The translations under genes and the position numbers were made by a program. This document shows positions 26,201-30,170 of a DNA stretch of 30,170 nucleotides, one piece after another. Numbering within the stretch: the stretch's first letter is position 1; each line of letters opens with the position of its first letter. The stretch is taken from assembly GCA_030638625.1 (NCBI GenBank), contig DAOWEE010000365.1, forward strand, positions 1 to 30,170, written 5' to 3'. Under the pieces are notes generated by a model. It was not told where the DNA came from and searched no databases. It was given only the letters and a program-made list of their open reading frames with translations. The stretch is from Methanosarcinales archaeon. GTDB taxonomy: Archaea > Halobacteriota > Methanosarcinia > Methanosarcinales > Methanocomedenaceae.

Positions 26201-29200
26201 TTGATAAAAAGGTCGTGAATGGATTCACTACAACCAGTTTCCCTTATGTCATCGACGATATTCCCACCTCGACCACAAAAGGTGTGCGTATCTCCTATGA
26301 AACTTCCAATAACGCCCAGAACATATACATCTTCGAAATGTGGGTCTATAATACAGCAGCCACATTCACTCCCTTGTTACCCATATCAGGAGACTATACC
26401 GCCCAGTTCACTGCCCTGGACTCAAAAGATGTCAGTGGAACCACTTCAATTACAGTCCCTGTCAACTTCAACGTTGAGACCGTCTTTGATAAATTAAGCT
26501 ATGACCCTGGCGACAATGCCACGGTATCTATCAGTGTCTTTAACGGCACCCATTACGTGCCAGGTGTTTCAGTCTCTTCACAATTGAGTTATATCGGTAA
26601 CGGGTCATTGATTGCAAGCAACTCGACGACCACCGATTCGAATGGTACTGTGGATGTTATGTACCAGATTCCTGAAGACTATTCATCATATTACATTAAT
26701 TCATCAGTAGCACATAACGGAATAACAGGTTTGGATTCGGAAGTTACCACGTCTGCCCATCTTAAAATGTGGATAGACCCTGCTGAAGTCCTGGTTGGTC
26801 ACCCAAGCTGGAATGCTGACCTTACTCCTGAAGAATACAGGGATATTTCCATTCATGCTGAATTCCTGACCAAAGCCGGTCATATCCTTGATGACCAGAC
26901 GATTACTGCCAATATCTACAAGTATGACGGAACTCTTGTAACCAGTCTTCCCTTGACCGGAGTAGATGGTCTATATACGGCTGATTATACCATCGCCGGA
27001 AACAGTCCCGAAGGCACGTACTGGGTTGAACTGGATAAATATCCAGGCATTAATGAATATTTCAGTGTCATGGAATGGGGCTGTACCAGATGTCATATAA
27101 ATCCTGGTATGGACTATAATCACTATTACGCCCATGCCATTACCAGTGGTGCCTACGGTAATTCTGACGGGCCAGTGTCCCCATCCAATTTCAGCAAGGA
27201 ATATGTTCATGAGGTGCATCCGCTGGTAGACCCTGCTCCGGCAGGTACAGGGGGTTCAAATTGTGGTTATCACAACAATGCAAGGGATGTTAATTGTGTC
27301 AAATGTCACCTGACCGAAGTACTCCCCTCTGCCTGTCCTGATTGCCATAACAGCGGTCAGGATAAATGGTCTAATGTTTTGTCAGAAGATTATGGTGCAG
27401 ATGTACATGCAGGCATCAATGTTGACACAGCCAAAAACAAAATCGCTAATTCATCACATGGAGGCAATCCATCTTTTGCAGTGGACAGCAATGATGATAC
27501 GTACTGGTCTCCTGATGGTGTCACCAATCAGATCATGGAAATCGACCTTGATGGTGCATATTATGTGGACGGTGTCCGAATTGCGATGTCCAATTATAAA
27601 TCCACCTATACCGTGCAAGGACTGAACAATGGCAGCTGGATAACCCTGATATCGTCCACCACATATTCAAATTATGATAATGAACAGCTCTATACTTTCA
27701 GCAGCCAGAATATCTCAAGGGTCAGGTTCACGGTCAGTTCATGGAGCAGAGTGTGGACTGGTACGGGTTATTGCAGCTCTCCCACCCATACTGCCGCCGT
27801 TCTTACCGAACAGCCGAAACTTAAATCCCTGAATGTATATTTACCCAACAATGTTTCCCTGACATTACTCAATCCGGATACACATGATTCATGCCAGGTC
27901 TGCCATGGCGGCGATATCTCCAACGATATCCAGCCCACAATTCCGGATTGTACAGACTGCCACCCTGAATCCTCGGGTTCCGGTATGCAGGTGATGCCGG
28001 ACAACATGAGCACTGTCAGCAGGGAACTGGAAGATTATGAGGATGTTTCAGATATCATTGTATATTCCGCACCTGGTTTCCCTGTCTCTACAGTCAGCCT
28101 GACGGCATCAACCGACCAGGCTGTGGAAGGGACAAAATCAGGTAAACTGGATTATTCCATGGCTCTGGGTGTTGGCAGGATATATATTGACCAATCAGAC
28201 CTTGAATTCACCAATGCTACCAGTATCAAATTCTGGCTTTATGGAAATCCGGCAGACGACAATACCCAGTTCCAGGTCAGTATCAGGAACAATAAGTCAG
28301 GCAAATGGCATTACAACACAGCCCAACATCTGAACTGGTCAGGCTGGAAAGAGGTCGAAATTCCAATAACATCATTGAGCGAACTTGAAATTCTTTATAT
28401 CTCCCATGCAGATATGCTTCGGATACAGCTTGAGAATTATGATTCAGACAGTGGTACCATTTACATTGATGATTTGCATGTGGAGCGCAAAGGCACACAT
28501 ACCCAGTATCAGGAAATTGAATGCGGTACGTGTCATGAATCAGTACACAATACCCAGTATTCTTATGATTGTGAGAATTGCCACCAGACACAAACCCATG
28601 GCAATATGACAGCTTCTGAACCAACATGTGTCAACGTGGATTGCCACCATTATATGGAAAATGGCAGCCTCATTGTGCGAAATAGTACAAATGAAACCAC
28701 CCTGGTTGAGATACCAATGGATGGTGCCAAGATATCAGAATGCGGCGTATGCCATAGTCTGGCCGAACCTCACGATAAACAGTGGAACTATGTATGTATG
28801 GACTGTCACCGCGACAGCGAACACGGTCAGGTAGATGAGTCATATACCGACTATGAAAAAGCGTCAACCTGCCTGAAATGCCACAATGACCCCCATGACC
28901 TCCAGAATGAACTATCAGCCAAAGGCGGATGTAACGGCTGTCATCAGCACCGTATCCACGGCCAGAACAGTCTCACCACCCCATACAATGAATCCATCCA
29001 TTTGGACTGTTTGCGGTGTCACGGAAACCCTGTGAATGATTCAGAACCAATACCTGTAGGCCTCGGTCATCCCGGCGAGATACATATCACACAGACCTAT
29101 GGACTTACCGCAGCAGAGTGCATGTTCTGTCATGAGAATGCCACAAACTCGTATGAATTGCATACCGGATTGAATGTGGATTTGGCAGATACCACACTGG

Positions 29201-30170
29201 TCGAATCAATTGAGAATGAAAGTGTTTGTATCATCTGCCATGACCCTGTGCCATTATTTAGCAACACTAGCCTGGAAGCAAGAGATGACCTCTTACTCGA
29301 ACCCCATGCCACCCAGGTGGCAGGTCACGGTAATGTCAGTTGCTTTGTATGTCACGGTCACAGCCCTGCCCAGTTAACCCTGAATTTCGGTGCGGATTGT
29401 GTAGGCTGCCATATTAATGAAGCAGTGGCTCCTGTAAATTCCACTAACGGCACCGATATCCCACCCACACAGGTCCTGGGTCACGGGAACACCGAATGTT
29501 CAGAGTGCCACGGGCATACCAACTCACAACTCACTTTTGTAGGTGAAACCGCGGAAGAATGTATGGCATGCCATGAAAATGCGTCCGCTGAAGTTAAGTT
29601 ATTGGAATATGAGGACCCCGTATCCAATGGAACCGTGCCCTTAAGCCAAAGCGGTAATGTGTGGACAGTAACACCCCCACAGGTTGTGGGTCACGGCAAT
29701 GTTACCTGTCTTGAGTGCCACACCCATGCTCCCAGCGACTTCGTAAATGTTGAGGATTTCCTTGGTCCCGATTGCACAGCATGTCATATGAATGAAAGCA
29801 GGAACGTATCATTGATCAATGACACCATACCAAAGAACAGCAATACCGTTGTAGTGGATAATTCCAATTCTACCTGGGTTGTCACATCACCAATAGTCCT
29901 GGGTCATGGTAATGCATCCTGTGCTGAATGTCACGGGCATACCAATTCTAACTTGACTTTCCTGGGCAGCACTATCAGTTCATGTATTGACTGCCATGAG
30001 AACAGTTCCAGGGAATCATTGCTGCTGGATGATACCATACCTGAATCAGATACTACGACCATAATCAACGATACTGTTAATCCCAAGATAGTAAATCCAC
30101 CGCAGGTAGATGGGCATGGAAATGTGAGCTGCTTTGTATGCCATGACCACGCACCCAGTGATTTCAGCAA
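14281..30170 (+). CDS. Giant secreted adhesin-like multiheme c-type cytochrome (>5,296 aa, at least 23 CXXCH; 3' end beyond window)
   Basis: Manual translation of frame +1 from ATG 14281 finds no stop to the window end. It has a signal peptide (MIKTNGILLKQVLVGYILISIIILSVFASITPGLA), a Pro/Thr linker, many Ig-like repeats, FG-GAP repeats, and discoidin- and CBM-like sandwiches. CXXCH motifs start at 27082, 27295, 27334, 27892, 27949, 28522, 28570, 28741, 28795, 28870, 28930, 29008, 29119, 29227, 29341, 29398, 29497, 29560, 29707, 29773, 29920, 29983 and 30130. It is absent from the supplied ORF track. Confidence 0.95.
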   Translation, partial: MIKTNGILLKQVLVGYILISIIILSVFASITPGLAEGLEETAIDNSFELVSQNGLNILYRLFNPLMGTASELANIANDSSNTLDITNSTLNTSTNSTPAPTPTSTLAPTLTPTSIPTLTPEPVFNSSEETSSNNPQTTSPKKTHVTGNVKDHENQPVSTNIYVTGHDNRNRMIHTSSQNFNLELEEGDNVVFDAGTKGVTARFKIKGNSSNSIITLDNFGKAKPAITGTPQFNSMKFVEVHADNTDYETVTITISYSEDELSGFDEGLLTIYHYTGGQWIPTISHVDRASNTITATVNSLSYFAVGQGSGINIFARFDSTVNPDDTITVSGGVYYDNLTTVPDADINITIQTTAISTDITTDSLGNFKATLPPPASTGSYNLKINAVKGAMDANTTSNLQVTSTPLFRITGTMQIDNEDVVASDANITISSELPAQSVSDSAQLTLTGTTSVTGTKIYNLFTDTKVDDGINATGTYTFLVDSLTSGEVTKNWASIYLYAISYTGLSVAEESYDTYLDGTYKDSSSFVKPWDQSTWYWNNSLATGDILYNTTQTVDVVTPNPSTLVRFNLTGDMHINFTSSGLSKPSNSKLYADNVLLLSTTGDLTTENINLTGFLGDSNDLIVTSDTKGGISYALTSQFHKYMNASVVDDGVNYTVTLTATNNNSESWYSPAFGYTVPQGAGNFVIIDKDNNELNVTSSCTLPSDGGEVDIPASVIGEIKSGIIRTFTLSYSLKQLDVTTRPFADTYMPGQTVDIYTDVLYNGSVVSDATVTITIKDPLDVTVFNGPATWNGKNYSITKTTNDTWLIGVYHVNASASKTVDSVLRTGINSTSFVEKRLILYVQANGPYPPLRNITLSGRAYYSDESAEGGKTVNISVGGINTTATTNATGHFQTIVPGMAVGSYPVIANITNGYGLTDSDSDTVLVLDTPFFILIDTELSETSGQALLEPDHNFTVNIPNSMDVLSSTITLTGITQKTEEYDISPPPISMLSIGTTQFDFVNGTFTVIVPPYRSVTVNDVSMTVTAFPQGSGVQESVFNNSIDGIDVGESRYVVPDTPSTHTWTDDITARVTPGTAHDVRITKLDTFTIDYKFLVMMHVNRTGFLDTPLNPRAYVVGNIIYAEPGDMLTNSHTTDITKFLEAGSNSVNFVNDRNALVNYIIQTRVRDWNYTQETIAEIPSRFEIENVLYAAATDQKLMNPEVRHPLKRLASNLTVYDIDNNTDITASCTVADNELFIPTNLIGPINAGDTRLFNVSYDAPRPNISPSLNTSVCNHNDTILISVDIEFYGVPMTDANVSVTIANNTNTTWQGTLTHTGSGTYTVLYQIPANATLGIYNVTVSAYNESTNMDDEVVSYQLSQLTITPFTIGPFVTGNGGNINGNVNDSRTDAPINSATVEITISNQSGIVNQTEVYSNVAGYFSFVWDATMAGDYLLTITANDSDLTIGTLEQPIAVEYDVVLVPNRTDYNVNYTATLNVSVHDLGSIDVPGANVSVLIDIPAAGNETLSTGNGRLSYLGGVYTGTFNTTANMGTYNYTVNVSNVTANGTITGNDVGSFRVSDLHITEMSDKLVYIVDENVTVWGSVEDLETGLFVENGTYNISLFNSSGFVTSRSGSILTVPDTIGAALYDEDTFEVAGDDWNSRNNEDPVRDSSTAYAGSWSLHMTWPGTTAWGGRNFEGTNNLEAGQTSSGYSTTDYPYMSMAYRISPDDKINMLILVNGAWRSLDVTQGINTTGSYPTVANWGSVNSDDQWHWTEIDLDGQLDASMGIGNHQITGIIWYPNSAIDGYLTGDFWIDDFRISNNSIATSYEETFSGLPADPYTAMVDISYLTLVGANSSDFTINYNVNSSIPSPLYSVGRDVNINISVFDTGSIPVTGANLTVNITNSTGLVKSISGSNITDNNNGYYNTTYITEIEGDFNISVHVEKGSAVGDAPVLPFRVTQFYVDVAPEFQWYEVGDNVTFTTLTGRLWDLQGAPKWANVTIQVFGPVGTLIQNITLTNQYDNFTHSFYLGSTNNSGTYSIQVNASEIESGGNLAASNTSSFNVEYFVDSATNRSQYNTDDTVNVTLNIKNSTTNINSASVDVNVTYIGPSDWWNASYWNFDREYRVGISTVNTYNRSREDTYIVVRGSDLASAGVSLTNLPINSTRVIAYSTQENLSSRNEVARVVSDINGDGYLNTSDEIIFLANFSASESKNYWLYYDYGYDITASPEYTIPLKLQLYLAEEFIITSDYYARVYYKHSNRDGTFGGYVQIDDNNYYARGAVIADFDNDGDYDVVSGDRYNLFFHEWTDVGTFTKTSVTPTFSASNYLMDMATADFDEDGNMDFIVGGNNDDLYLYEGDGMGDFTKITITTNAPGTAGRGKDAGDVNEDGHMDFVYAENPTGKVYAYYGNGAGTFAAPVELVTLPDTDPYGVALGDFDNDGHLDIIANGGAGGAYHIYSGDGTGIFVDEGMKFDVNRLGGVDAFDYDHDGNLDVIHTTYDTEYTYYRAGNGNFGFGSLSLGVNGYNVMGISAPPMQDIMIPSIGIKQNLSHTQVGSSLATGLGNGNYNAEFTLSDAQLGIYLVETDVTSPWPGDDAVTFFVRSLDEVNNTYGPHNFNGTHQSPILPVIISGTIRDSEFNNTLNNAYANITIRYPNNTVAAYQSITTDANGIFNHDFTSQFNSNSPAGTYNVSILVNDGGIIQLIETYLTVSDVYSSWADPAKDYRVAIILNNSANSTPVTYNERGFVLELPGSVAQSSVAITDINGNAVGNSLIWDNANTINVTLDNFSLGMFEGGLVYIYFDRDAQLPPDNTSLTSSICPLIEGAIEGYWMVITNDLAIYNPSTTAQITANLTLANGTQLTGSTVNFSVYYPDMALAYGPHNIVSDPANISVSGNSNTLSYSIPNLKGIYTVVVNATSPNGIPRTEISTFNVGGLGVTADTDRSYYNTRDDVWLTVDVTDLGVPVNNALVTVDFNDPSGLLPYEYNEINSTNSDGIAIIHWPMISPDSPVGNYSITVNANTANDSGYNGSQTIEIDNYVTTLDLNDNLVSLTNPVTASGSTTHNGSEIPSWVNISVTYQSAFIDDTVPYGASTGNQWIWDYNNVHSGSYSHLQEVQGPASVQHIFYDAYSGYRAGSGENISVWVYVDSIPETVDEIMVQFHANDSWNHRAYWGVDNIPLGTNNTTSRQYIGPLPAAGTWYELVLTSSQVGLDGLVVDGMAFAVNETSSNVARVWFDEVTFEFANTHDSYLENQNVSTPYSYVISNTFTEGFNDTFTTFNSTEWDNSSTSIHNISAEWMELNGNGLDFNANFSGSTTYSRTAYPVLTADFMTDNLSGGLVVAVEGNPTSGYRRHGIYIDKADGILKTQTYDLDGWHYENLFTPEIGKWYTMEVRFYATESQLFVYSRDDSSRPMPDKADSTYNLTDWNPNFHFWTFDNTGYIDNAAVTTRSNTSALPWVGDYIVTGLSSYSNLYTVNVSTILVSNLNITVNTGDSYDLTIGNPELNNVTINGTVQDNRSGVPRPSPVLVYVTAPDGLISVYNLQTDVNGSFTVSFTRPSLIGTYDVTVTAKDTAGTTGRTDTSFDIQIGSTIAPTIETINLMDTAILTVELFDDVIFDDMEQVTSNWSYRAGTTGTVRNMSEEVHDRTRLYHKSGTQSQKVDYYVTKSTNEYMYLESGLGPIDVSQVNNITFWLYLDLVDAFDAVALVLENDATGTSSDERIYGQNPVPGWNYYSFNVSDFGMDLTHAHYLTVLIDDDNSASEVETRGSVYIDDFKVINGNSITGASVSINITKPGMSVLSYSTPADITDLGNGRYSLDFAGTDEYGNYNISAISTSDGYTSTATTQFIVDRLNVSPVLLETPYIVGDTGNFSVSVHSNMSTPFDGTVSLNLTLPNGTSVNYNTSAFSQSTENYARTGTAGGSGFGSVTRINDGSFVYPATTAACIGDYAQITWAQPVTINQVMVYYDTNKWPTSYRIQVLDTDGVTWVDKKVVNGFTTTSFPYVIDDIPTSTTKGVRISYETSNNAQNIYIFEMWVYNTAATFTPLLPISGDYTAQFTALDSKDVSGTTSITVPVNFNVETVFDKLSYDPGDNATVSISVFNGTHYVPGVSVSSQLSYIGNGSLIASNSTTTDSNGTVDVMYQIPEDYSSYYINSSVAHNGITGLDSEVTTSAHLKMWIDPAEVLVGHPSWNADLTPEEYRDISIHAEFLTKAGHILDDQTITANIYKYDGTLVTSLPLTGVDGLYTADYTIAGNSPEGTYWVELDKYPGINEYFSVMEWGCTRCHINPGMDYNHYYAHAITSGAYGNSDGPVSPSNFSKEYVHEVHPLVDPAPAGTGGSNCGYHNNARDVNCVKCHLTEVLPSACPDCHNSGQDKWSNVLSEDYGADVHAGINVDTAKNKIANSSHGGNPSFAVDSNDDTYWSPDGVTNQIMEIDLDGAYYVDGVRIAMSNYKSTYTVQGLNNGSWITLISSTTYSNYDNEQLYTFSSQNISRVRFTVSSWSRVWTGTGYCSSPTHTAAVLTEQPKLKSLNVYLPNNVSLTLLNPDTHDSCQVCHGGDISNDIQPTIPDCTDCHPESSGSGMQVMPDNMSTVSRELEDYEDVSDIIVYSAPGFPVSTVSLTASTDQAVEGTKSGKLDYSMALGVGRIYIDQSDLEFTNATSIKFWLYGNPADDNTQFQVSIRNNKSGKWHYNTAQHLNWSGWKEVEIPITSLSELEILYISHADMLRIQLENYDSDSGTIYIDDLHVERKGTHTQYQEIECGTCHESVHNTQYSYDCENCHQTQTHGNMTASEPTCVNVDCHHYMENGSLIVRNSTNETTLVEIPMDGAKISECGVCHSLAEPHDKQWNYVCMDCHRDSEHGQVDESYTDYEKASTCLKCHNDPHDLQNELSAKGGCNGCHQHRIHGQNSLTTPYNESIHLDCLRCHGNPVNDSEPIPVGLGHPGEIHITQTYGLTAAECMFCHENATNSYELHTGLNVDLADTTLVESIENESVCIICHDPVPLFSNTSLEARDDLLLEPHATQVAGHGNVSCFVCHGHSPAQLTLNFGADCVGCHINEAVAPVNSTNGTDIPPTQVLGHGNTECSECHGHTNSQLTFVGETAEECMACHENASAEVKLLEYEDPVSNGTVPLSQSGNVWTVTPPQVVGHGNVTCLECHTHAPSDFVNVEDFLGPDCTACHMNESRNVSLINDTIPKNSNTVVVDNSNSTWVVTSPIVLGHGNASCAECHGHTNSNLTFLGSTISSCIDCHENSSRESLLLDDTIPESDTTTIINDTVNPKIVNPPQVDGHGNVSCFVCHDHAPSDFS
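14569..14646 (+). repeat. Pro/Thr-rich low-complexity linker within the giant ORF
   Basis: TPAPTPTSTLAPTLTPTSIPTLTPEP. Confidence 0.85.
21085..21720 (+). repeat. Five FG-GAP/VCBS-like Ca2+-binding repeats (beta-propeller) within the giant ORF
   Basis: ADFDNDGDYDVV, ADFDEDGNMDFI, GDVNEDGHMDFV, GDFDNDGHLDII and FDYDHDGNLDVI at about 50-aa spacing. Confidence 0.9.
27082..30144 (+). other. Multiheme region of the giant ORF (23 CXXCH plus one CX4CH within the window)
   Basis: Motifs in order: CTRCH, CVKCH, CPDCH, CQVCH, CTDCH, CGTCH, CENCH, [CVNVDCH], CGVCH, CMDCH, CLKCH, CNGCH, CLRCH, CMFCH, CIICH, CFVCH, CVGCH, CSECH, CMACH, CLECH, CTACH, CAECH, CIDCH, CFVCH. Confidence 0.93.
29311..30170 (+). 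repeat. Tandem diheme repeat (xQV.GHGNxxCXXCHxH...CXXCH), alternating A/B types, at least 4.5 units
   Basis: The His of GHGN starts at 29326, 29482, 29692, 29905 and 30115, giving spacings of 52, 70, 71 and 70 codons. Confidence 0.9.

Noticed and set aside
14454-30170. The many short ORFs in the track across the right half (e.g. 16989-17543 minus, 16718-17149 plus, 23461-23802 minus, 28283-28627 minus)
   Set aside because: All are antisense or off-frame shadows of the uninterrupted frame +1 giant ORF, which has coherent domains and motifs.
29311-30170. CRISPR array or DNA-level tandem repeat
   Set aside because: The periodicity is at the protein level with divergent synonymous positions. 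No identical 25-45 bp repeats with unique spacers were seen anywhere in the window.

Overview
Archaeal chromosomal window, most consistent with a cytochrome-rich Methanosarcinales lineage such as ANME-2 (inference from the Fe-S-bearing RpoD, CcmF and a giant multiheme cytochrome). The left part is housekeeping: a 5'-truncated PAPS/APS-reductase-family gene, tRNA-Leu(CAG), and the rps13-rps4-rps11-rpoD operon. The middle part (about 4.3-14 kb) is an accessory block: a radical SAM/SPASM enzyme, a divergent ccmF heme lyase, two membrane-anchored TolB-like beta-propellers, a GT-C glycosyltransferase, and a five-gene run encoding an ATC-hydrolase/V4R-like protein, a split YeeE/YedE pair, DUF3343 and a YjeF/ribokinase-fold protein. 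The largest feature is missing from the supplied ORF track because it has no stop codon in the window. It is one uninterrupted + strand ORF from 14281 to beyond 30170 (>5,296 codons), which I translated by hand in frame +1 without meeting a stop. It encodes a signal peptide, then about 4,270 heme-free residues of Ig-like stalk carrying inserted lectin-like, discoidin and FG-GAP domains, then at least 23 CXXCH motifs plus one CX4CH, ending in an alternating diheme repeat that runs off the window. The best candidate for a new system is this giant adhesin-cytochrome fusion together with its neighbouring maturation and glycosylation genes. Domain and family names come from motif recognition, not from database searches.
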